Source: Octopus sinensis
Lineage: Eukaryota
Length of the DNA stretch: 64,000 nt
NCBI RefSeq assembly: GCF_006345805.1
Contig: NC_042997.1
Span: 34,844,001-34,908,000 of the forward strand
Direction: 5' to 3'
In this document: in pieces, positions 13,569 through 26,181 of the stretch
Numbering within the stretch: the first letter of the stretch is position 1
Layout: each line of letters opens with the position of its first letter
Notes under the pieces: model-generated
What the model saw: the letters and a program-made list of their open reading frames with translations, nothing else
The model's database searches: none
Told to the model about the DNA's origin: nothing
Made by a program: the position numbers and the translations under genes

Positions 13569-14126
13569 TGTCCTGATGCAGTACCAGGCAGTGGTTGTCG
13601 TGGCTTCTGATCTTAACTGATTGGAAGTGTTATCGTGTACATTGTATTATCTTGGTATAAAAGATGGGCTACAGCAGATAATTCTGCTCAATACCACAGA
13701 TTTGCTTGTCAGTTGTTTGACCGTAACCAGTTGAGCACGTCCCTTAGTGACTGACGATATGTGCACCTCTGATCACGAGCAGAAGTAGTGGGGGAGCATC
13801 ATAGCCATGTGTTGAGAGGGATTCTTTGGGGTTTAAATAATTCACCACTGGAAACATGGGTATTTCGTTCAACATATTTAAACAACCCTTATTCAGGGAC
13901 CTTTTGAGCGAGATGGGTTACACGACCAGAACAAAATATTCTAACTGGGCCCCACCTGCAAGGTCATGGGCTGTTTATCTTGATATGATATTACCATGTC
14001 AGACACACATGGTTGTGATGCATGTGCCTAGTGTACCCTTATCAGACGCGTAGTCATGATGGTAAACTGGGCTTCGTATATTTGTACCCCAGTGTCTCTT
14101 TGATGCCATACACTGCTCTCTCACTC
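13569..14126. mobile_element. ~560-bp non-coding interspersed repeat (family F) inside (AAT)n
   Basis: Colinear homologous copy at ~52016-52568 and a 5' stub at 57092-57137; this copy has (AAT)n on both sides and the stub follows an (AAT)n run. Confidence 0.8.
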
Positions 14127-14149
14127 AATAATAATAATAATAATAATAA

Positions 14150-14345
14150 TAGACAACATTATCGATACCGACAGGTATATATAAATTTCAGAAAACAGCG
14201 CCACTATGCACCGTACATATCCTACGCAAAACACTTTAAATATGGAGAAAATAAGAACACCACAACAAACCACAACAAATACCCAAAGCACACAGAGCTG
14301 CGCTCGGTAGTGCAGTGAAAGCCCGTGATAAGATTATAATTACTG
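14150..14345 (+). mobile_element. Second R4/Dong-like 3' end fragment
   Basis: FQKTAPLCTVHILRKTL resembles IQKIALLGTAHILRRTL; shares the 3' UTR motif with the 13.4-kb copy; (AAT)n at both sides. Confidence 0.7.
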
Positions 14346-14400
14346 AATGATAATAATGATAATAATGATAATAATGATAATAATAATAATAATAATAATC

Positions 14401-14448
<48 letters not shown>

Positions 14449-14452
<4 letters not shown>

Positions 14453-15830
14453 CAGATGTGATGCCAAAGAATTTGAGAAAATTGATAAATATCAGGATCT
14501 AACCAGAGGAATGAAGTGATTGTAGAAATAAACAAATAACAATAGTTCCTAAAATAATTGTGGCACTTGGCACAGCACACAAACTACTATCTAAAAAGAT
14601 CTTCCAAGGGGACTGCCTGTCCCCACTGATTTTTGTAATGTGCTTGATACCACTGACACTGATTCTGAGGAAAGCAAAATTTAGGTATGTATTCAAAAGT
14701 CGCCACAAAAAGTCAACCATTTGCTATTCATAGATGACATCAAACTAAAGTTTGACTTGGTAAAGATGAAGCCCAAGCCAGTTCTTTCGTTGATACGGTG
14801 TATAACTTCAGTGCTGATATCAGAATGGAGATCGGACAGAGAACGTGTGATGTGTTAGTATTTAAAAGAGGCAAAATCAAATGTATAGGAATCAATACCG
14901 TCATGGGAGGTTATGAAGCAGATAGAAGAGACCGGCTGTAAGTACTTGGGGATTTTGGAAATGGATAAATTAATGGAGAAAGAAGTGACAGAAAAATTTA
15001 AGGTGGAGTACTTACGCAGACTGAGACTGATCATAAAGTCGAAATTAAACGGAAGGAATAAGATCGAGGCTATCAACACCTGGGCAGTTTCACTCCTTAT
15101 CTATGGAGCAGGGGTAATCGCATGGACAGTAGACGAATTAAACAGCTTAGACAGAAAGACAAGGAAATCGCTAAATAGGTATGGGTCACTCCACCCAAAA
15201 AGTGACACAGAGGGAGAAGAGGACTTATTGGATGTGAACATAGCATTAGAGCAGAAGAAAACAACATAGCATGGTATGTAATAAATGCCACAGAACCGCT
15301 ATTATTAGAACTCGGAAGACCAGGCTCGTGTAGGTTGAACGATTGCAAAGACAAAGCAGTATACATGAAATTGAATAGGTCCTATATGATTTTATGAGTC
15401 AGTGGGACCATGAGATTGAGAATAGGAAGCCGGACATAGGAAGTCTTAATTGAGAAAGAAAACAAACTATGCTGGATCAGAGACATAGCACGCCCAGTTG
15501 ACAACAAGGTGTGCTATAAGGAAGAAAGAAAAAAGTCGAGAGATATGACAGGTTAGCTTGGGAAGTTAAGCAGTTGTGGTCGAGGAAAAAGGTCGCAGTA
15601 ATACCAATATTTGTTGGAGCCCTGGAAACAGTGAGCAAAAATCTCGAGACGTATGTAGAACAGATAGGGGTTGCAATACGGGTGGAACTCTTGCAGGAAG
15701 CAGCACTGCTTGGGACCGCTCGAATACTCCGGAAGGTGCTCGAAGAATAAGATGTGTAACCTTATTTAACTGGTAGTGATCAGCTGACGCTGTAGTACAT
15801 CTCCAGCGTTAGAAGCTGTGCAAAGAGAAC
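14449..15830 (+). mobile_element. 5'-truncated, frameshifted R4/Dong-like retrotransposon (RT C-half plus RLE), preceded by a 150-bp RLE fragment
   Basis: RT motifs IFQGDCLSPLIF (from 14599), NHLLFIDDIKL, FSADIRME; ORF 14913..15269 (KYLGI...KSKLNGRNKIEAINTWAV...LDRKTRK...LHPKSD); C-terminus AALLGTARILRKVLEE* (stop 15748-15750); (AAC)(AAT)n tail. 14449-14598 encodes KEFEKIDKYQDL...IVP.IIVALG. Confidence 0.9.
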
Positions 15831-15873
15831 AACAACGACAACAACAGCAATAACAAAAACAACAACAACAATG

Positions 15874-15944
<71 letters not shown>

Positions 15945-15986
15945 CACTACGATATTATTATTATTATTATATTATTATTATTATTA

Positions 15987-16036
<50 letters not shown>

Positions 16037-16062
16037 ATTATTATCATAATCATTATTATTAC
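15874..16062. repeat. (AAT)n tract followed by an (ATT)n tract: inverted microsatellite pair
   Basis: (AAT)n 15874-15944, spacer cactacg, then (ATT)n to ~16062. Confidence 0.9.
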
Positions 16063-19000
16063 TTTAATATAAAAGAAGAGAGTGCAGCAGAAACCGCCAT
16101 GAGTTCTTGAAAAAATATCCTATAAAAATGATAATGCTAGAAATAGCAGCAATTCAGATGAATACCAACCATAGTAATATAGATGATAAAAATAATGATG
16201 ACAATGAAAATAACGATGATGACAATGACGACGATGATGATGGTTGCAAAACAGCAAAACAACAAAGCAATAACAATGACGATATGAAAGTGACATTGCT
16301 GCTGAATGTATTGCAGAACATTGATAGGAAAAACTCCTGGCAGCCAAAAATACGAAATAAACTATAATCTGAATGAAAATACAACGGTTCATTATATTAA
16401 ATCCGTCTAGTGATGATATGTAAAGAAATGGCTCACAAAAATAAACACTCTACTGTGAAAATCTTTAACTCAATAATTGTAGCCAATAGACTCAGATACC
16501 TAAGAAATTAGGAACCACAAAGAACACATTTAAAATCATATAACTTACAAATCTTCACAAATTTCTAGCCATTAGTTAACACACACACAAACACGCACAC
16601 ACTCTCACACGCTCACAAATAGACGTGTTTTTGAGTGTATTCATATGCTTTGGAAATATAGACGGCACAGACCATTAACTGTTGTCATAAAATGAATTCC
16701 ACATAAATAATGTAATATGATATTTTTATGTTCAAAACCAATGCAGCTACTAACAAATAAGGTAGAGAGTCACACATGTGTAGGTTTGTGGAAAAGCTTT
16801 GGAATAATGTCTCATATTCGAACATTGTATTCGTTATGCGTGTATAGGTGGAAGCTAATATGTAATAGCAGTCACATCTCATCGATATCTATCGCTGCCG
16901 TTTTGAAACAAGGATGCATTAACTAATGTGGGTTTAATTTCACTATTCTGAAAATTATGAGCAAAACACAGCTGAAACATTTTTGATAATAAACTTGTTC
17001 GATCAGGGCTGACCAAGGACTTTACACCATCAGAGTAAAATAGAGTGAAACGCGTGGTAGCTATTCTGTAGCACAATGCCGGTTAACTGAGATGTAATTA
17101 GCTATTTCGTTTTTGGATTTGGTATCAAGATTCTTTAAATGAGTTCGTGTGTTGAAGCATATTTTGTTGTGTCTGGGGAGAGTCATTTTCTTTTTGTGCC
17201 TTATAATGTAACACACTCATCGATAAAATTTCCATTTATTTCTTATTGAAAAGGTTGCAAGACGCAACGAAAATATTAGGAAAATAAAAATAAGAAATAA
17301 GTGGAAATTTTACCGGTGAGTGTGTTACATTATAATGCACAAAAAGAAAAATGACTCTCCCCAGACACAACAGAATATGCTATTAACAATGGGAAATATA
17401 ACCGAACTTTATATTTCTTCTACTGTTACTGTAAATATTTTGCTACAGGGAATTGGTCATCTACATCTACATAAAACCAGACGCACCCGTTGCCATTATC
17501 TCATTTTCCCGTTTCGTTATCTCATTTTTCAGGTAGTCTTCCAAAAACTGGCAACTGCAGACTCGGTCTGTTCAAACCTTAATTCTAGAATTACAGCGTT
17601 CTGAACCTCTTTCTGCCCATACAGTCTTTATGAAACATCAGCTTATAAATGTTTCACATAAACTGCATTAACCTCTGACTTTTTTCATCCAATGGATAAT
17701 TAAGCTAAATACATAATGAAATAAAGTTCTTTCACATTAAGCAATTTGAGCGACTTTGCTCAAATCTTGATAGTATCTTGTAGAACATTTTCGAATACTA
17801 GAGATAACAAAGAAGTGTTTGTTTAAATATCAGGGATTAAAATTCACGTAGGATTAATTGTTCACATGTTGCATAAATTTTACACATTTACATATGTAAC
17901 TACAAACATATACACATACAGTATTTTCTATGCTCACGTACGTTACCGTGTAATATACACGAAAAGCAGAGAAATGTCCCAACCTTAAAAAAATGAACAA
18001 AATTAAACAATACTTACTAAACTAACATCTAAACGTATCCGCTACATCCTCAATACTACACATTTCTCCGAATTTCCAAAAGTCTCAATATAAAAGAGAC
18101 ATAACAGAGAATTAAAATACCTCATGATTTTAAAAGACACAAAGAACTGTCAACCCTGTATGAATCGGGGAAAAAAATTAATGAAATCGTATTCATAAAA
18201 TTCAAAACAAATTTCAGAGCTGAAGACCAAATGAAACAATAGATGCAAGCAAATAGTCTTTCAGAAATGAAAGAGGAACTTGCCCAAAATATAATTTTTG
18301 CAATTCTTGTTATCTGTGAGTAGAAATAAAAAACCAAAATTATTACGTTAATAAACAATTAACAATAAAGATTTTTGCCAAAAAATGCTTTAGATATTCA
18401 GAAAGAACAACCTTTAAAATTTTTGAATTTGAATAGAATTAGATCACGTTAAACAATATACGTAACGAGATGCCGAATACACTATGCTATAAAATTCAAG
18501 ACTTAAATTTGCATCTGACGCACGAAAAGTTAACGTAAAGTATTAATGTACATAAAATCAGTAGAAGAAATATATATGGTTAAAACAAAATATAAACATT
18601 CCCTTGCAAAGTGACAGCCGTTTACTATAAAAAACAAAATAACAGCTTCATCACGCGCTACTTTTACAAACCGTCAATTAACTTTTGATTGGTATGGTAG
18701 TTATCGAACGTATAGATACTTAGATTAAAGAAGACTGAATGTACAATGAGCCTTATGGATAAAAGGATAAATAATTTGGAAGATAGTATTATTAGTAATA
18801 TGATCGGTGAGCTACAAATTACATATACGTAAGATCTGATGCCGAGTAACAACTGAATATATAACACACATTTATTAGTAATTTACGGACCACAAACCGG
18901 ACACAAAAGACACAAATTATATTTTTATAACCAAGAGTAACTATAAAAATCGTCACCATCAAAAGTTTGGTCTGTTTATTTCTGCATCTATAATGACATG

Positions 19001-21280
19001 TTTATTTATTGGATAGAACAAACTTCGAGTAGGACATAAAATGTGGAAAATAAACCGAATTTTTCCATGGATGACTTACGAGTTACGAAGAAGAGGAGAT
19101 GCCTACAAAATACATTTTAATGTAGTTTACAATTAATGAGAGGTGCAAGTGACACATAAATAAACAAATTTCTGAATTAAACAAGAGAAGAGTAATAGAA
19201 TAAAGAAGTTGAAACGACTGATCAAAGTGTCAGAAAAAAATCCAGGAAAATCTTTAACAATAATAAAAATAATTATATGGAGTTATATACGAGCCACACA
19301 AGAAGAGGGTGGTACGGCACTAAGTTTAAAATACAAGTTACATCCTCAAAATGTTTCAAAAACATACACAACTTTGAGGTGAAATGGAGAGTCAATGTAA
19401 TCTTCAGCAGTACTTCATATTATCGCCTCAGAAGAGATTAAAAGGATGGTTGATACCGACGTTATTTGGACTCAAAACATAGGGAAGAGAAAAAATGACC
19501 ACAGGTTACTTAGCCTAACGCTCTAAAGACTCGGCCAGCTCGCCGCATTCTGAAAAGTAGATATATAATTTAATGTAATAGGAAATATATCCAACATTAT
19601 AAGGTACATATTGAATAAGCAAATAGTAATTTCTTTCAGGCAAAAAGCCAAGGTTTCAAAATATGCTATTGAATTATATAGGTTTACTCTAGTACTTTAT
19701 TTACTGTCTTTGAAGGAACGTCAATGAAAGTCTATTTATTTTAGAGGGATCTGATCTCAGTAGCTACATTTAGAGGCGAACTCCTTCACGTTAAATTCTA
19801 AATAATATCGAGTAAGATATTAAGAAATATGAAGCATAAAAGCGATACAAAAATACCAACAAAAAGTTACTATTGGATGGATTAACTTTACGTCTTGGAA
19901 AAATATCAATACAAACTGACTCTAGGCTAAGCTGCAACTATATGACAAAGTTTCTTCTGAAAGAAAATAATAGAAACGGTATATGCAATGAACCATGTTC
20001 GGTAGATGCTAAAATCAAAACGCAAGACATATAAGAAGCTACTTCTTAGGCGTCTTTGAAAAAACTACATCTCTTGTGGACTAACCTGCAGAACCAACGT
20101 CGCATCGCATTGAGTTTCAAAAATTATTCTATGGCTATTTCATCTAAGTTAGTATGATGCTTCTCTCTACAAACTTACCTGCAAACATCTGAATTTCCTA
20201 TTCTCTTTACAATCAAAATACACCATCTAAAGCATTTTATTAAATTATTTGCTGAAATCTTCCTCTCCCAAAACTTAACTTGTTTTAGATTACCTAAACA
20301 GAACTATAGATATTACTGATAATTCAAGATGTACATTAACGTTGCCCATTTATTCTTGTTTAAGATGACATGATGCAATTATATTTACTGAAACGTTCCG
20401 CAAACTTTATAAAAATCTCAACGTATACGCGTTATTCAAGAAAACTATATAAAATTTAACCACATTTTGTTGAAAGTTCTATATGTTATAAGATGATATA
20501 ATGTCACGAAGGAGGTAAATAGCACTGTAGTCAGACTACCCCTGAGTGTCTAATAATACCTTGGTTTAAAAAGGATAATCTCATTATGAAAATATAATAT
20601 GGAATATTTTAATTTATTTCTAAAATTAACGTGCTATGAAGCAGTTATTAGATAAAAAGAAAATATGTTGAAAGAAAAAATATTAATATATATAAAGGAC
20701 TTCAAAATAAAATTTACATTGAAGGATTTCAGGAAGATCCTCAACAGTACGATGAAGAATATCAGGAGAAATGCTCACGAAATTCATTACCAGCATATTA
20801 AGATACCTTCACAGATTCTCAAAAGAGATAATGTCAAGTTGTCAAGTTGTGCTTTCTTAATGTAATACAACGAATTTCTAATCTATAATTAGAAATCTCT
20901 ATACATGGGAGAACTATCATCTCACCAATATGTATGTGAAGAGAAAAAGTTATTTCAAAATATATCCAAGAATAACTGTTATGGAAATATAGCTTCCAGT
21001 TATAAATACAAGAAAACATGTTCAAAATTAAAACATTCAACGGACTAATTTCAATATTCGGAACTATAATTATTCTCATATTCAGCATTAAACTCCCAGT
21101 GATAAAATGATTGTAAATGTTAGTGACTAATAACTATTTTACATATATAGAGTAAATAACTATACAAAGAATCATTACTATAGTACAATGTATAAAATTT
21201 AGAACTCACACTATAAACCAACCTGAGCAGAGTACTACTATATAGTTCTATATTTAAGACATGACGTATTATGTACACTA

Positions 21281-21693
21281 TGTACATTATTTACATTTGA
21301 CGTATATTTGTCCTCATCTTGTTTGTTGTTAACACCATAGGCATATGGCGTAGTGGTTAAGAGCGTGGGCTACTAACCCCAAGATGCGGAGTTCGATTCC
21401 AAGCAGTGACCTGAATAATTATAATAGTAATAGTAATAATAATAATAATAACATTGAAAAATACCTTAGGAATGAGAACCTAGGTTAGAAATTTCCCCAA
21501 GACACCTGATGATGGCTGGAGGTATATCAGCCGAAACGACAAAGACAAAACCAAAATTTACATATTGTTGATGGTATTTAATTACCTACAGGTGAATTTC
21601 TGTAAGTAAGGATTAGGTGTGATCACAGAGTAGTTCATAAACAAAACAAGAAACAAGATGAGCAAAAATATCCGTCAAATGTAAATATTGTAC
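21281..21693 (+). mobile_element. tRNA-headed SINE carrying a hammerhead ribozyme core, flanked by inverted copies of its 3' tail
   Basis: A box TGGCGTAGTGG 21346-21356; B box GAGTTCGATTCC 21389-21400; (TAA)n linker; HHR core 21501-21538; tail 21645-21693 is ~90% identical (5 mismatches in 48) to the reverse complement of 21281-21335. Confidence 0.8.
21501..21538 (+). ncRNA. Type I minimal hammerhead ribozyme core, interrupted in stem III
   Basis: gacac-CTGATGA(21506-21512)-t-ggctg/gaggtatat/cagcc-GAAA(21533-21536)-cg; the cleavage triplet and 3' strand of stem I are displaced by an insertion. Confidence 0.7.
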
Positions 21694-22095
21694 TATTATG
21701 AACGTAAATTGTAGCCTAGCTGACTGCATACAAAGCTGTGGGTACTTGCACGAATACATGCAGACTCATACAAATATATAAGTATATGTAAGAGAATAGG
21801 TACGATCAGACAGATCGATTTGAATCCTTACATTGGAATTCCATCAGAAACTAAATTACCTCTTGAACTACAAAAATATTGTCTATAAAACTACTCCTAA
21901 TAAGTACATCAGTAAATTGTGTAGACTGATTTGCATGCAGTAACACTCTTTGGCGGCTGTATCGATAAGTTGATGATACATATCAGATATGATAATCTGA
22001 TAGCTATAGAATAAATTTATATTAAAGCTATAGACTGTACTAAGGTAGACGAAAATAAGAATCAACTAATCAGCTTTAAATCTTTATTTTAGGTA

Positions 22096-22312
22096 CAGAA
22101 TCGTTAGGATGCCGGGCGAAATGATTAGTGGTATTTCGTCTGCCGTTACGTTCTGAGTTCAAATTCCACCGAGGTCGACTTTATCTTTCATCCTTTCGGG
22201 ATCGATTAAATAAGTACCAGTTACGCACTGGGTCGATGTAATCGACTTAATCCCTTTATCTGTCCTTGTTTGTCCGCCCTATGTTTAGCCCCCTGTGGGC
22301 AATAAAGAAATA
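22096..22312 (+). mobile_element. tRNA-derived SINE (family C, Meta-domain-like core). Other copies: 36762-36993(-), 38117-38338(-), 48203-48437(+), ~52600-52800(-), ~52860-53035(-), ~55880-56030(-), ~56085-56210(-); degenerate at ~3650-3830(-), ~19430-19545(-), ~25180-25330(+)
   Basis: Shared B box gagttcaaattcc and core gtcgactttgcctttcatcctttcggggtcgataaattaagtaccag across copies; resemblance to the MetaSINE domain is from memory. Confidence 0.9.
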
Positions 22313-23914
22313 AATTAGATAATCATCAGCGACGGAGTATTCTCTTCAGCTGCAAACCTCCCTTTAGCATTGTTTGAAGTAGCAAATATATAATAGGTAA
22401 GGTACAGATGAAAGTTGCCTGTCTACGATAATAAATACTGCTGTATGAATATTATGACAAAGACAAAATGAAAGAACAAAATGAAGCAAAATCCATTTAC
22501 ATATTGTTGATGGTATTTAATTACCTACAGTTGTGTAGGTTAAAATTCTAGGTGTACTTCTGTAAGTAAGGTTTAGGTGTGCTCACATAGTAGTTCATAA
22601 ACAAAATGTGATAGGGCGAAACCCCAGACGATTGCTTAAACTTACAACAAACTATTCATTTAGGAGAATGGAAATCAAATTTTTTATATTACTCAGTAAC
22701 CCTAAATATCGCTGTAGCACTCGTGTATAGCCTACAGTTTTCTCTGCGTATTTAAAAGTTTTTGTGCAAAAATACGCTTTATATAAAAAATATTTGGCCC
22801 AAAACTAGTATTCATTTAGGTTTGAAAACGTTTTGCTCATTGTCGTCTTGGTAACAAGATACACGAGGTCCCAACAACAAAGTAATCTTCGCATATGTTG
22901 GAAGGCATTTACATCTCACTTACAAAATATACCAAAGCATCTCCACTTTATCCAATACAGAGCTCTGTATGTCACTCCGAACGTTCTATTAACTTCATCC
23001 CCAGGCATAGGGGAACGGTTAAGCGAATCGCTTTGCTACATCGCTGTCCGGGCTCAATCTCACTCTGCTACAATTGCAACATATATTCGAGACAATTCAA
23101 ATTTTGTTTGTGTAATTTTCCTGGTGGAAATGCCTTGCATTGAATATATTTGTAATTCAAAGATATCAGTTTTAATGTATGCATCGTGACAAGTTTGAGG
23201 ATACCTTACCTAATACGTTAATAGCAGATGTGTGTATGGAGATATCAACCGCATACCATCTAAATAGGTAGCTCCGAACAGCAGGTATACTAGTCGGAGA
23301 AATGGGCAGAGATCCGTTCTTTTATTTGCTTAATAAATATAACATATCTATTCTATGTCTTTTGTCTATTTATTCTAACACCGTTAAAGTTGTTTATATT
23401 ACACTGTCTATTTACATTTGATGACTTCATACGAAACTTTGTAGCCAAAATCAGTGCGGGCTTTAAGTTCTATAGAATATTTGTAGAAATAACCTTAACA
23501 AAATTGTTAAATGTATTGCTTAATGAACTGGAATATGTCCCCCTACTTATCTATTCAATGTTACACCAGTGAACTTGTACTAAACATTTTCACTGTTTTT
23601 CCCAGCTTGTAGTGCTTGGTTTACATAGTAGCTAAAAGGGATATGATCACAATAAATGATATTGAATCTGCATTCACAATCTTCACTCTAAAATTCAGAG
23701 TGAAGTGTTTAGAGTTTAAACCCTCGCTTGTGATAGAAGAAGAAAGGTAGGCCTTTGATTGAACAAAAATATAAGTGTCCAAAGAGACTGAATGGCCTGT
23801 CAAAAAGTGGTGTGATTACAACTGCCTATAAAATATCGTTAACAAAAGATTAATTAAGGAAGGAAGCAAAAACATTCTTTCCCCGACTCTCTCTCATCTC
23901 TCTCTCTTTCTCTG

Positions 23915-23948
<34 letters not shown>

Positions 23949-24965
23949 GAGAGAGAGAGAGAGAGAGGGAGGGAGAGAGTGGGGAGAGAAAAGTATATAG
24001 AAAATGTACAGGAATTGGTCTACACTTTTTATTCTTAAATTTTTAAGAAATCTAATCGAATCCTAGTGCATGTTATGTATGTGTTTGTTGTATGTATATG
24101 TATATGTATGTATGTATATATATATATACATCCATATATAATTCATATATATATGCATACACATACACACACACATAATATATATTACATATGTATAAAA
24201 CATACATACATACCTGCATACATACATATATACATACATACATACATACATACATACATACGTACATATTACTTTCCTGCCAGCGAAATCGAAAGTTTTG
24301 AGGTGTGCACAATAGCGTGAAACTGCAGATAATTCATATCTCTTATAAATGTTTGCAGAATACTACGAAGTGCATAAAAGTATATACAACGTTTACTGGA
24401 GTAGAAGCGTTAACTATATACATATTTCTCAAAATAATCAGAAATATATAGCCACGCAGAATCCAATAAGGTGTTCTATAAACAAGATTGAAAGCAATAT
24501 AGTCAGTATACATAACGTAAAATCAAATTATATCGCTCAAAACTTTTGTTTGTGCAACGTTTTAGTGGTGTCTGCTTAAGGATACATTACCGTTATATTT
24601 GGAGAAATGTTTTTTATTGAAAGATCTGAGTACGATTAAAGTTTAGTTGACGCACTCTGTAAAAGTTTTCAGCGCACAAATAGAAGTTATTAGACTTCTG
24701 TAAAGTCTGTACCTATTCCTTATGTCTCGCGGTTTTCGATATTACTGTTGAACTATGTGTATAAAAAGCAAGTTTGAATTTCAATCTATATTATTTGTTT
24801 TCGCTCGACTGATCTAGGTTATGCTTGTCTTCTCTAAATGCATTCGATTCCCATAAGTACAGATATGTCGCAGTCAAACAGTTGATTGATGCACACTTCC
24901 TACATTGACAAGCACACATACACACCGATGCACTCGCACGTGCGCACACACACACATATGTACAA

Positions 24966-25165
24966 TCTCTCTCTATATAAAGCTGAAGTTGTCTGTTTGT
25001 GACAGGTTTGGTAGCCTTCAACTAACACTATCTCCTCCGAGTCCCTGCTGCGCAAGTCGACCAAAATTGAGAGTATGATAGAAGAAGGCTTGCTCTTCCT
25101 TTCGTAGAAGAGAAAATTTAAATCGAATAATGTTAACACCAAAAATTATTTACATCAAAAACGTG
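24966..25165 (+). mobile_element. 5' part of a non-autonomous Helitron (same family as 46001-46385)
   Basis: A|TC...tatataaagctgaagttgtctg...ggtttggtagccttcaactaacactatctcctccgagtccct matches the reverse complement of ~46200-46385. Confidence 0.8.
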
Positions 25166-26146
25166 CTTGGTAAAGGCGTAGAGGTGGTTGATTCGGTAAC
25201 ATGTCGGACAAAATACTTACAGCATTTCTTCTGGGTCTTTACGTTCTTAGTTCAAATGCAGCCGAGGTCAACTAGGCTTTCATTCTTTGATTGCCGATAA
25301 AATAAAGCACCAGTCGTGCACTAGGGTAGATTTAAGCGTATTGTTCTCCCCATTCAAAAGGTGCTGCATAAGTGGTCACGCAAGGTCACTTATACCTTAT
25401 GAAAACCGTGTAATCGACCCGATGTGTCTTTGAGCTAAATAAAGTATATAATAGTGCTTGTTTTTATTCAGTTAGTTTATAAAACATTATATTAATTTAA
25501 AATCTAACAAATCCCTTCAGTACGGAGTACATTGCTAATTTTTTTCCACGCAGAAATCGATGTGATTCAATTCTCTGGAGATTCAATACACTTGCCTGGC
25601 TTTCAAGTTTACTGTTGGTGGTTTATAGAAGTACTTAAATTTACCTTCTTTTTATTTGTGCTCCCCAGTTGACAAAAGATTTGGGCTGCGTATTGAGACT
25701 TCATCTACTTTCGAATAATGCAGCTGTGTCTCGTGAAAATGTGATTTGTTTAATGATATTTACTTTGTAATATATTTTACGCGGTGACTTTAGAATCGTA
25801 TGCACACATACACGCGCTTATACACGCATACGCACATACACATACGCAGACAAGGACACAAATACTCAAATACACACATCCATACCTATGCATGCATATA
25901 ATATACATTAAGTAAAATAAATAAAATGAGTGCAGTCGCAACCAGTTTTGTTTTCTAAATTAGGGGATGTTAAACTCTACTACCTTCTATTTACTTCTCT
26001 TCTTGTACAAAGAGACTGTCAGAAACGTTGGATTTTCTATGCCTCACAGCAAGTTCACGGTACTCTTCTTATTGTGTTTACTACGTAAGTTTTAAGGTCG
26101 AAGACCTACACCAGCTTCTTTCGCTTTTGTTTTATCGAATATGTAC

Positions 26147-26181
<35 letters not shown>

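Noticed and set aside
17950-21150. A-rich plus-strand stretches (also ~11650-12500) with faint L1/Tx1- or RT-like words (RDIT..., GF.....ST)
   Set aside because: Too decayed to support a feature call by eye; needs an HMM search.
21341-21410. tRNA-like sequences at SINE heads (also 5442, 49576)
   Set aside because: No complete cloverleaf or acceptor stem, and they run straight into repeat bodies; not tRNA genes.
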